Of a stretch of 64,000 bases of DNA, positions 21,982 through 30,598 are shown one piece after another; within the stretch, counting starts at the first letter, position 1; every line of letters starts with the position of its first letter. The stretch is from Candidatus Altimarinota bacterium (GTDB taxonomy: Bacteria; Patescibacteriota; Gracilibacteria; CAIRYL01), in assembly GCA_965250085.1 (NCBI GenBank), contig OZ252287.1, positions 1,024,001-1,088,000 on the forward strand. The letters are read 5' to 3'. The notes under the pieces are model-generated. The model worked only from the letters and a program-made list of their open reading frames with translations, had not been told where the DNA came from and searched no databases. Made by a program: the position numbers and the translations under genes.

Positions 21982-22662
21982 TTATTTTTCTTTCTTTTCC
22001 TCTGTTGCCTCTTCTTGTTTTTCTCCAGATTCGGCTCCTTCTTCGCCACTTGCTTCACCTTCCTCTCCTTCGCCCTCAATGTCTTCCTCTTCGTCTGGCT
22101 CTTCTTCTTCAAGTTTTGGAGCAGTAGCAGAAATTACCGTGTCACTTAGTTCATCAAGGACAGTTATACCTTCAGGAAGGGAAATGTCTTTGATACAAAT
22201 ATGATCGTGATACTCTGCGAGACTTGAAATATCAACTTCAATATCGTGTACCAGGTCTTTTGGAAGACACTTCACTGCCAGTTCTGATTTGGAAGTTACC
22301 AAAATAGCACTTTTTTCTTTCACTGCTGGAGCATTCCCTATAAATGTAAGAGGAATATGAGTCGTTACTTCTTGGTTCATATCCAAAGCGTAGAAATCCA
22401 CGTGCTGAAACTCTCCAGAAACTGGATGCAAATCATATGAATGTACCAGGACAGGAATATTTTTCCCCTCTATATCCAACTCGATAATGGTGGACTCTCC
22501 TGTCAAACGAAAAAGCTTCAAAAATACTTTGTAGTCTAAGAATAATTTTTCACTCTCTTGTATCCCAGGACCATATACCACAGCAGGAATACCACCATTC
22601 ATTCGGATAGATTTTGCATCTTGTTGGAGTGTTTTCTGTGCTGAAAGAGCAGGATTTGCCAT
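21982..22662 (-). CDS. rplY: 50S ribosomal protein bL25 (Ctc type)
   Basis: IPAVVYG, HPVS..QHVDFY, acidic tail. Confidence 0.95.
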   Translation of the reverse strand: MANPALSAQKTLQQDAKSIRMNGGIPAVVYGPGIQESEKLFLDYKVFLKLFRLTGESTIIELDIEGKNIPVLVHSYDLHPVSGEFQHVDFYALDMNQEVTTHIPLTFIGNAPAVKEKSAILVTSKSELAVKCLPKDLVHDIEVDISSLAEYHDHICIKDISLPEGITVLDELSDTVISATAPKLEEEEPDEEEDIEGEGEEGEASGEEGAESGEKQEEATEEKKEK

Positions 22663-22755
22663 AGCTCAAGAAGATAAGAATTATATGCTTTCAGAGAAGA
22701 TTTTTTTGGAGTGGCTTGCCACGAGCGATCCTGAGCCTGTTGAAAAGGAGTCGAA

Positions 22756-22842
22756 TGGTGCCGAGAGTGGGACTCGAACCCACACTCCCCGAGAGGAACG
22801 AGATTTTGAGTCTCGCGCGTCTACCAGTTTCGCCACCTCGGC
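22756..22842 (-). tRNA. tRNA-Leu(CAA)
   Basis: Reverse complement GCCGAGGTGGCGAAACTGGTAGACGCG-CGAGA-CTCAAAA-TCTCG-(long variable arm)-GTGGGTTCGAGTCCCAC-TCTCGGC-ACCA. Confidence 0.97.
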
Positions 22843-22987
22843 AGCGCAGTTTCAAAAAAGCCAAAGGATTCTATGTATTTTCCTGGGGTGAGTCAAGAAG
22901 TCTTTCTTCAAAAAGAGGGGTTCAACACATTGAATTTTTTCTTATTTTTTGGTATAATGGAGCGATGTTATAAGTTATAAAAAAATC

Positions 22988-23518
22988 ATGATTGCCACAT
23001 CATCAAAATCAGATATCGGTCAAAACAAGGACATAGCAGCATTTGCCTATGTATTGGTATTTGCCCCGGTTCTTTTGGTGACTCGACGAGACAGTGTGTT
23101 CATTCAACATCATGCGCTCCAGGCAACATACCTTGGTGTGCTTTTAGTTTTGTTTATACTCCTCCCCGGAAGGCTGAGCTATCTCAATATTCTTGTAGCA
23201 GCAGCGGCGCTTATGGGGTTTTTGGAGGCGCAAGCAGGCAATAAGTACAACATGCCCATTATTTCAGATCTCATTGCAAAAAATATTAATTTTCGAAGTG
23301 GATTTGGTGCTCTTAAAAGATTTTTTCTTTACCTCGGAAGTATTCTCAAGCGAGTATTTACAGAAGGTCCTGGTTTTGCCATACGAGGTACTGCGGAGGT
23401 CATTGAAAAAGCTCGTGGTATCGATGCACTCAAGATACATGGAGAAGTAGAAGACCTTAAAAAAACAGTTCAGCACTTGGAAGAAGAATTGAAGAATCTC
23501 AAAGGAAATCCAGAATAA
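22988..23518 (+). CDS. DUF4870-like membrane protein with C-terminal coiled coil
   Basis: KDIAAFAYV..FIQHHALQA..YNMPII; promoter TTGAAT-17-TATAAT at 22930-22958. Confidence 0.7.
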   Translation: MIATSSKSDIGQNKDIAAFAYVLVFAPVLLVTRRDSVFIQHHALQATYLGVLLVLFILLPGRLSYLNILVAAAALMGFLEAQAGNKYNMPIISDLIAKNINFRSGFGALKRFFLYLGSILKRVFTEGPGFAIRGTAEVIEKARGIDALKIHGEVEDLKKTVQHLEEELKNLKGNPE

Positions 23519-23567
23519 AAAGCTTTCATTATGATTCTTTTTAAATGGAGCAATGTAGAATCATTTT

Positions 23568-24947
23568 TTACGTGGCAAATTGATCCACAATTTTTTCCGC
23601 TATACCGGTATACGACATGGGAGTCAGTTTCATCAAGTTTTTTTTGGCATCTTCTGGAATTTCTAAACTTGTAACAAAGTCTTTGTATTTTTCTGGGGTC
23701 AGCTTTTTGCCACGGGTAAGTTCTTTGAGTTTTTCATAGGGTTTTTCAATATTATATTTTCGCATTACCGTTTGTGCTGCTTCAGCAAGCACCGCCCAAT
23801 TTTCTTCCAAGTCTGTCTTTATTTTTTGTGTATTAATTTCCAGTTTCCCCACCCCCTTTTCCAGGCTTTTGAATACAAGATATGTGTGACCAAATGCAAT
23901 ACCGATATTTCTCATCACAGTAGAATCTGAAAGATCACGTTGCCATCGACTAATGGGAAGCTTTTCAGCAAAGTGTCCAAAAAGAGCATTGGCGACTCCA
24001 GCATTGCCTTCCGCATTTTCAAAATCAATTGGGTTGACCTTGTGGGGCATCGTAGAGCTCCCCACCTCTCCTTTTTTGAGTTGTTGAGAGAAATATCCCA
24101 GAGAGATATATCCCCAGACATCACGTGCGAAGTCGATGCAAATTGCATTTACTCGCATCCAATTGTGACAGATCTCTGCTATAAAATCATGAGGCTCAAT
24201 CTGGTCTGTTACCCCCTGCCATGTGAGACCAAGAGATTCCACAAACTTTTGAGAAAGTTTCATCCACTCAACCTTGGGATAGGCGACAGCATGGGCGTTA
24301 AAGTTTCCCGTTGCTCCATTCATCTTCCCTAAGTATTCCTGATTTTTTATGTGCCCAATTTGTCTTTTGAGTCGCTGGGAAAAATTGAGCCAGACCTTTC
24401 CCATGGTTGTCGGAGACGCTGGTTGCCCATGAGTACGAGCCAACATGGCTGCAGATTTCCACTCTACACTTTTTTCTTCGAGAAATTTTTGTAAGTTCTC
24501 CAATGTCGATAAAAGTGACTCTCGCGTTTCATTTTGTACTGCATTTCGCATCATCAGCGCGTAGGACAAGTTATTAATATCTTCTGAAGTACAGGCAAAA
24601 TGAACCCATTCGCCGAGTTCTTCCAGTGATGTGCTCTGTAGTTTCTCCTTCAAAAAATATTCCACTGCTTTGACATCATGATTGGTGGTTTTTTCAATTT
24701 CCTTAATTCTCAGGGCATCGGGCTCGTCAAAATCGTTCTTTATTTTTTCTAAGAGTTTTTGTTCATCCTTTGTGAGACTTCGTACCTCAGAAATTTCCTT
24801 GCATTCGCTCAAAAACTTAAGCCACTCTACTTCTACTTCCACGCGATGCGCCATAAGACCTGCCTCTGAAAAAAAGTGCGCGAGATCTTCCACTGTGTTC
24901 CAGTATCGACCATCAAGAGGGGAGAGTGCGGTGAGCTCTGAGAGCAT
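23568..24947 (-). CDS. purB: Adenylosuccinate lyase
   Basis: ALSPLDGRY, TNHDVKAVEY, RTHGQPA, GSSTMPHKVNPIDFENAEGN. Confidence 0.98.
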   Translation of the reverse strand: MLSELTALSPLDGRYWNTVEDLAHFFSEAGLMAHRVEVEVEWLKFLSECKEISEVRSLTKDEQKLLEKIKNDFDEPDALRIKEIEKTTNHDVKAVEYFLKEKLQSTSLEELGEWVHFACTSEDINNLSYALMMRNAVQNETRESLLSTLENLQKFLEEKSVEWKSAAMLARTHGQPASPTTMGKVWLNFSQRLKRQIGHIKNQEYLGKMNGATGNFNAHAVAYPKVEWMKLSQKFVESLGLTWQGVTDQIEPHDFIAEICHNWMRVNAICIDFARDVWGYISLGYFSQQLKKGEVGSSTMPHKVNPIDFENAEGNAGVANALFGHFAEKLPISRWQRDLSDSTVMRNIGIAFGHTYLVFKSLEKGVGKLEINTQKIKTDLEENWAVLAEAAQTVMRKYNIEKPYEKLKELTRGKKLTPEKYKDFVTSLEIPEDAKKNLMKLTPMSYTGIAEKIVDQFAT

Positions 24948-25013
24948 TTTCTTTTTGTAAAAGTACTATGATTATAGCGGAGGTGATTGGAAAGATCGAG
25001 AAATAGAATAAAA

Positions 25014-25096
25014 AAATCCCCCTTGTTCCCCCCTTTGTCAAAGGGGGGAATCAAATTTCTTCCCCCTCTTTACAAAAGAGGGGTTAGGGGAGATTT
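25014..25096. repeat. Two tail-hairpin palindromic elements with hairpins facing each other
   Basis: AAATCCCCCTTG-TTCCCCCCTTTGTCAAAGGGGGGAA and TTCCCCCTCTTTACAAAAGAGGGG-TTAGGGGAGATTT. Confidence 0.85.
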
Positions 25097-25127
25097 CTTT
25101 TCACTGCGGAGATAGAGAAATCTCATC

Positions 25128-25236
25128 TTGTATTCTTTCCTCAAAAACACTACAATCCACCAGCTTTTTTGTGGGAGTGTTTCGATAGACTCAGCACTAA
25201 AAACCTATTCGAGTTTGATCGACATGTTTGCACCAC
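25128..25236 (+). promoter_or_regulatory. rplA promoter and probable L1 autoregulatory leader
   Basis: TTGTAT-17-TACAAT (25128-25156), then GTGGGAG-TGT...ACA-TGTTTGCA-CCAC resembling the L1-binding site. Confidence 0.55.
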
Positions 25237-25255
25237 GATTTTTTATTTCTTTTGT

Positions 25256-25954
25256 ATGAAACACGGTAAAAAATATCGAGCAGCGCTCGAAAAAATTGGT
25301 GATCCAAATGTCGAACACGGCTTAGAGGACGCCATTACAATAGTTGCAGGAGCTACTACCACAAAATTTGATCCTACAGTAGAGATCCATATTACCACGG
25401 GCTGTGACCCCAAACAGGCGGATGAAGTGGTGCGCACCACTCTAATGCTTCCAAATGGAACGGGGAAATCACCAAAGGTCGCTGTTTTTGCTGAAGAGGC
25501 AAAACAAAAAGAAGCGAAGTCTGCTGGTGCGGATATCGTTGGTGGGGAAGAACTGATAGAAACTGTGGGCAAAGGAAAAATAGATTTTGAGCTCGCAGTG
25601 TGTACTCCGGACATGATGAAACATCTTGCCAAAGCAGCAAAAGTGTTAGGCCCTAAGGGCCTTATGCCATCACCAAAAAACGGAACGGTGACAGATGATG
25701 TCAAAAAAGCAGTAGAACAAATCAAAAAAGGTCGTGTAGAACTAAAAATGGATTCCGAAGGGAATATCCATTCTATTCTTGGAAAGGTTTCTTTTGGCAC
25801 TAAAAAACTCCTCGAAAATGCCAGAGCTCTTCTCAAGACTGCAAAAGAAAATAAGCCATCAGGAGTGAAAGGAAAATATATTAACACCCTTCACTTGTCC
25901 ACTTCTATGGGGCCAGGCATTAAGGTGGAGGTGCAGAGTGCTATGAGTGAGTAA
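25256..25954 (+). CDS. rplA: 50S ribosomal protein uL1
   Basis: MKHGKKYR, KFDPTVE, LPNGTGK, LGPKGLMPSPK, STSMGPG. Confidence 0.97.
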   Translation: MKHGKKYRAALEKIGDPNVEHGLEDAITIVAGATTTKFDPTVEIHITTGCDPKQADEVVRTTLMLPNGTGKSPKVAVFAEEAKQKEAKSAGADIVGGEELIETVGKGKIDFELAVCTPDMMKHLAKAAKVLGPKGLMPSPKNGTVTDDVKKAVEQIKKGRVELKMDSEGNIHSILGKVSFGTKKLLENARALLKTAKENKPSGVKGKYINTLHLSTSMGPGIKVEVQSAMSE

Positions 25955-25955
25955 T

Positions 25956-28900
25956 CTACTCCTCATTTGCACCAGCGAACTCCTTGGATAATCCACGAAA
26001 AGCGATATCTGCATCGTGCAATATTGTTTCGTCAGCGATTCCATCGTTTATCAGATGAAACATCTGTTTTTGCGTTTGAAGATTTTTTCCATGAACTTCG
26101 TCATAGGTTCCCTGTTCAAAGAACATTTCATATGCGGTAGGAAGATCTTCTTTTTTTGCTCTTGCTGCATTACGTTCTTCTTCATAAGCTCCACCTTCAA
26201 CTTTCCGGATCCACCTTTTTTTCATTTTTTGTAAAAATTGTTCTGGATATTGGCTGATAAGGGAAAAATATTGCACGTCATGATGGGTGAAATGATCACT
26301 ATCAATTCGGTGAGCTCTGTCTTCCGCCTGATATTGTTCCACATAATCTTCAGGAAGATCATCAAACACTACTGCTTTTGCTGCCGTAAAGGTGACACCC
26401 ATCGAACCGGCGGAATATGTGGCTATAAGCAATCTGCAATCAGGGTCATTTTGAAATCGTATGCGCTCGTAATCCAAATGTGCCATGGGACGACCTTCAG
26501 TTCCAACGACAGGATGTCCATTGTCTCCTATCTTCCAGCTTCCATCATTATGAGTCTGAAATAGCTGCGGTTTGCCACGCGCATTACGGATCAAGTTTTT
26601 TTTACTCGTCATGCCGGTGTACTTTGCTGGGCGCAAATGGGCAAAGAGACGGGCATACTTCTCCGCTTGTGCTTCATATCTGCAGAACAGAAGGATTTTC
26701 CTCTTTTCCCGCCATGCATACTCTATAATGCGCGCAACTTCTGCATCTTTTGGTGTGTCGTCATGTGCTCCGATATAATCCATATTATTTATGCTTTGCC
26801 GCAATGCGTGTTTTTTTGCAAAAAGGCTTCCTGTATTCACCCCTCTCTTTCTGTTTTTTCGGAGACCATCTACCTTGTTCACTTCGTCATCTGGTATATA
26901 TTTTCCATATTTTTGGCACCATTGGTCCCAGTGTAAAAACATTTCATAGATAGATTCTGCCTGTTCATCCGTCATAACAAACTTTCCCGCTTCTTCTGAG
27001 GAAATATATGTTTTGAGAGGCAGACAGTTGTGTTGTTGAGAAAGAGGCTGGCTTGGATCAATGGTGCTAAGTACATCTTGTTTACGGAAGCGAATAACAT
27101 GCTGCTCCTTGAGAATGCTTAGGGCACGAAGAGCTTTGGGATCATGAAAAGGAAAGACTGCTTCAAAAGCAGTGTCACTCTGATATTCCTTCTTTTCGGG
27201 AAAAAGAGCATGCATCATTCGGCGGAATTCTGTCGGATTTTTGAAAGGGGTAGCTGTCATGAGAAGAGAAAATCGCCCCTGTAATTTTTTTGATCCTTGT
27301 GATTGTTTGCTGTCTGTATTTTTTCTACTATGGGCTTCATCGTAAATGATGACCCCATCTCCACTTCCAGACAGAAGTTCAAATCTTTCGGAATCTTCTA
27401 TCTGGCGAAGGAACTCAATATTCGTAATGGTCCGATCCGGTCTTTGAGAATGGCGTAGCAGTTTTTTTCTTGCTATGGATGATATATTATGCAGGATCAA
27501 CATCTGTGCGTCCTCAAAGAACTTATGATTTTCTTCCATCCAGGTGGTGACGACGCTGTTGGGAGAGATGATCACGTTTTCTTCATCTGCGGTGCTGGCA
27601 AGCGCAACGACTGTTTTGCCAAGCCCCGGTTCATTGGCCAGTATAATGCCGGGAACCGCTTCTTTGATTTTTTGCCGTATTTTTACAACACAGTATTTTT
27701 GGAAGAAATACAATTCTGTTCCTTCTTTGAGGGATGGAATTTTTGACGCTTGGATGGATCTAAAGTTGTTGAGCGCCCTTTTGAGAATCTTACGCACCAA
27801 TGGAGTCGCGGACTCTGCAATGAGTTGTGTGACGTATGCTTCACCTGCGGCAAATGAAGCGGCAAATTGTTTGATGAGAATTTGTTCTGTAAATTGTGCC
27901 AGGATTTCGGTTCTCTGCGGATCCTGCCTGAGATCATCCAATGCCTTTTGTGACATCTGATCGATCATAGCAATGAGCATTTTGACCTCATCGTGTATAG
28001 CGGTTTTGGTTATTTGGAGCAAGCTTTGTTCACTCCTGGTGTGGGACGTGATATCAATACCCATGACCTTGATATCGTTGAGCTTCCCGTGCCGCAAGGG
28101 TACTGTGACTTCAAATGTGCCATCATCTGTTACGTTGACTCTTCTGTTCCAGCATCCAGAAATGTAGATATGTGAAGCCTCCGGGGCATGGCCTGAGACG
28201 GTGACGGTGTTTTCTCCTGTCTGTTCCGGTATTCTGCTGAGTGAAGCTTCCGGCAGCAATAATTCATATTCTGACAGATACTTCTCTTCGCGGGATATGC
28301 CTCTTGGTCCACGAAACCCCCGAAAGCTTGTAATCACCAGCTGGTCTATCTCCTCCTCACTCAGCTCCGGATGCGCCATCTGTATGTACATTTTGAGCTT
28401 AAGTGGATCATGCTGCAAAGCCGCAATCGCATCCTCCAAAGCATACTCCGCTAGCTCTTCAGACTTCTGATCTTCTAGACTCTCTACATCATGCCCGGCA
28501 AGAGCCCTCCACTTTTTCAGTTGCTCAGCTTTACCATCAATCCCAAAAACTTTTCCTATTCGCCAAAGATATCCTGCCACACTAAGAGACTCTCCATTTG
28601 CCAGTTGAAACGGATTTCTTATATATGTAGATACCTTCCCTACATTTGCCTTCGCACAGGCTTCATAATCTTCCCGTGCATGCTCTCTGAAATACTCTTC
28701 GTCGGTTTCTCTATATTCTACAACCTCCGCTAGCTCTTTCCACATCTTGAATTGTTCCTTCCAAGAAGCAATCCCAAAAACTCTTCCGATTCTTCTTAAA
28801 TACGTATCGGGAGTAATAGACTCTCCATTTGCCAGTTGAAATAAATTTTTCCTAGATGTAACAACTTTCCCTCCATTTGCCTTCGCACAGGCTTCATAGT

Positions 28901-29885
28901 CTTCCCGTGCATGCTCTCTGAAATACTCTTTATCGGTTTTCATATATTCCACAACTTCTCTTCCAGTTAGTTCTTTCCACTTGTTGAACTGCTGTTTTCC
29001 AGTTTTTAAATCATATATTTTTCCTATTCTTTTTAGATATCCTAGTATCGTTAACTCCTCTCCATTTGCCAGTTGAAACGGATTTCTCATATATGTAACT
29101 ACCTTCCCTCCATTTGCCTTCGCACAGGCTTCATAATCTTCCCGTGCATGCTCTCTGAAATACTCTTTATCGGTTTTCATATATTCTACAACCTCCGCTA
29201 GCTCTTTCCACATCTTGAATTTTTCTTTCCAAGAAGCAAGACCATATGCCTTCCCTATTCTGATTAGATATCCTGCCACACCAAGAGACTCTCCATTTGC
29301 CAGTTGAAATGGATTTTTCACAGATCCAACTACCTTTCCTCCATTTGCCTTGGCACAAGCTTCATAATCTTCCCGTGCGTGCTCTCTGAAATACTCTTCG
29401 TCGGTTTCCATGTGCTCTACGACTTCCAATCCCGACAATTCCTTCCACTTCTTAAGGCGTTCTGCCGTCGTAGTCTCTCCAAACATTTTTCCTATGCGCC
29501 CAAGATATCCTGAAAAACGAAGAGATTCTCCATTTGCCAGTTGAAATGGATTTTTCATATGTGAAACCACCTTCCCTCCATTTGCCTTCGCACAGGCTTC
29601 ATAGTCCTGCTTTGCGTACTTTTCAAAATACAGCCGCGTTGTCTGTACCCCTTCAATATCTTTATCAAAAAGGATCCTCAGGTCATTCCTCAGCCGATCA
29701 ATATCTGATTCGAGCCCTTGTCCATTTGTTTTTTCTACATCAGAGAGAGCATTTTCTATTTGCTGTTTACTGGATTGGCTCATCTGTTCTATATCGCTTA
29801 CTTTCAATCTTTCGAGAGAATCAATTACATCTGTTCCCGATGTTATAAGTGCTTGCCGGAGATTGTCAGGTATCTCAATACCCAT
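25956..29885 (-). CDS. SNF2-type SF2 helicase/ATPase with N-terminal tandem repeats and an Ig-like domain
   Basis: GIILANEPGLGKT (I), YDEAH (II), LMTATP (III), GVTFTAA (V), QAEDRAHRI (VI); five 77-79 aa repeats; beta-rich VTVSG..DGTFEVTVPL segment. Confidence 0.9.
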   Translation of the reverse strand: MGIEIPDNLRQALITSGTDVIDSLERLKVSDIEQMSQSSKQQIENALSDVEKTNGQGLESDIDRLRNDLRILFDKDIEGVQTTRLYFEKYAKQDYEACAKANGGKVVSHMKNPFQLANGESLRFSGYLGRIGKMFGETTTAERLKKWKELSGLEVVEHMETDEEYFREHAREDYEACAKANGGKVVGSVKNPFQLANGESLGVAGYLIRIGKAYGLASWKEKFKMWKELAEVVEYMKTDKEYFREHAREDYEACAKANGGKVVTYMRNPFQLANGEELTILGYLKRIGKIYDLKTGKQQFNKWKELTGREVVEYMKTDKEYFREHAREDYEACAKANGGKVVTSRKNLFQLANGESITPDTYLRRIGRVFGIASWKEQFKMWKELAEVVEYRETDEEYFREHAREDYEACAKANVGKVSTYIRNPFQLANGESLSVAGYLWRIGKVFGIDGKAEQLKKWRALAGHDVESLEDQKSEELAEYALEDAIAALQHDPLKLKMYIQMAHPELSEEEIDQLVITSFRGFRGPRGISREEKYLSEYELLLPEASLSRIPEQTGENTVTVSGHAPEASHIYISGCWNRRVNVTDDGTFEVTVPLRHGKLNDIKVMGIDITSHTRSEQSLLQITKTAIHDEVKMLIAMIDQMSQKALDDLRQDPQRTEILAQFTEQILIKQFAASFAAGEAYVTQLIAESATPLVRKILKRALNNFRSIQASKIPSLKEGTELYFFQKYCVVKIRQKIKEAVPGIILANEPGLGKTVVALASTADEENVIISPNSVVTTWMEENHKFFEDAQMLILHNISSIARKKLLRHSQRPDRTITNIEFLRQIEDSERFELLSGSGDGVIIYDEAHSRKNTDSKQSQGSKKLQGRFSLLMTATPFKNPTEFRRMMHALFPEKKEYQSDTAFEAVFPFHDPKALRALSILKEQHVIRFRKQDVLSTIDPSQPLSQQHNCLPLKTYISSEEAGKFVMTDEQAESIYEMFLHWDQWCQKYGKYIPDDEVNKVDGLRKNRKRGVNTGSLFAKKHALRQSINNMDYIGAHDDTPKDAEVARIIEYAWREKRKILLFCRYEAQAEKYARLFAHLRPAKYTGMTSKKNLIRNARGKPQLFQTHNDGSWKIGDNGHPVVGTEGRPMAHLDYERIRFQNDPDCRLLIATYSAGSMGVTFTAAKAVVFDDLPEDYVEQYQAEDRAHRIDSDHFTHHDVQYFSLISQYPEQFLQKMKKRWIRKVEGGAYEEERNAARAKKEDLPTAYEMFFEQGTYDEVHGKNLQTQKQMFHLINDGIADETILHDADIAFRGLSKEFAGANEE
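28460..29630 (-). repeat. Five intragenic tandem repeats of 237/231 bp
   Basis: Units start at 29630, 29393, 29162, 28925 and 28694 (periods 237, 231, 237, 231); core YFREHAREDYEACAKANGGKV..NPFQLANGE. Confidence 0.97.
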
Positions 29886-29960
29886 TGTGTGGATTATAAG
29901 TTTGGCAAAATATCATGAAAAAAGCTATACGTCAAGCTTAGAGCTTTCAGGTAACACTTT

Positions 29961-30536
29961 TTACTGTTGTAATCTTTCAATAATTTTTATTTCTTCCAGC
30001 CTTTTCTCCACTTCCTGAGACACCAGTCCTGAAATATCTTCTCCGTTTCGTATTTTTTCCCGGACCTCAGTTGCCGAGATATTGAGGCGTTTTTCCAGTT
30101 CATAGACTTTTATTTCCCCGTTTGAAAAAGCCTCTCGAAAGAGCTTCATTACAAGTTCGGATCCAGAAAAAATAGCGTCAAACTTTGGGCACAGCTTCAC
30201 CACATGATGTGGCCATTCAGAGTAATTATTAATATCACGAATAGGAATAATCCAAAATTTTGTATCTCCTTCTTTCTCCCCTGCCAGGGGGGAGGTTTTT
30301 AAATCCCCCTCTAATCCCCCTTTGCAAAAGGGGGAAGATCTCAAGGCAAGGTCAATGAGTTCTGCGCGTTCTCCAGCGGTGAGGGGATTATCAGGTTCAT
30401 CATGATTTTCAGCACTGCCAATGCCAATAATAATCTCTGAGTATCCATCAGAATGCTCCAAAACTTGCTTCACAGCATCGAGATGTCCATTGTGAAATGG
30501 TTGAAATCGTCCGATAAAAAGTGCTCGTTTGGTCAT
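29961..30536 (-). CDS. nadM: Nicotinamide-nucleotide adenylyltransferase (NadM-like) with in-frame palindrome insert
   Basis: FIGRFQPFHNGH, NPLTAGER, ISATEVR; insert SSPFCKGGLEGDLKTSPLAGEKEGD. Confidence 0.88.
   Translation of the reverse strand: MTKRALFIGRFQPFHNGHLDAVKQVLEHSDGYSEIIIGIGSAENHDEPDNPLTAGERAELIDLALRSSPFCKGGLEGDLKTSPLAGEKEGDTKFWIIPIRDINNYSEWPHHVVKLCPKFDAIFSGSELVMKLFREAFSNGEIKVYELEKRLNISATEVREKIRNGEDISGLVSQEVEKRLEEIKIIERLQQ
30264..30338. repeat. Two tandem tail-hairpin elements inside nadM
   Basis: ATCTCCTTCTT-TCTCCCCTGCCAGGGGGGAG and AAATCCCCCTCTAA-TCCCCCTTTGCAAAAGGGGGA. Confidence 0.85.
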
Positions 30537-30544
30537 AGATCATC

Positions 30545-30591
30545 AATTTTCAATGTACAATGTACAATGTACAATTCAGAATTACAATTTT
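30545..30591. repeat. Heptamer tandem repeat (CAATGTA-like)
   Basis: caatttt caatgta caatgta caatgta caattca gaatta caattt. Confidence 0.8.
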
Positions 30592-30598
30592 CCGAAAT

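Noticed and set aside
22756-22842. tRNA-Leu as the integration site of an island
   Set aside because: No duplicated tRNA 3' end or integrase was found, and the flanking genes look like ordinary chromosomal genes.
24833-25054. ORF beginning MIPPFDKGGNKGD
   Set aside because: It is only the translation of the intergenic palindrome running into purB in another frame.
28460-29630. Diversity-generating retroelement or CRISPR explanation for the helicase repeats
   Set aside because: Units are in-frame coding repeats of 231-237 bp, the differences examined are not restricted to adenines, and there is no reverse transcriptase or cas gene in the window.
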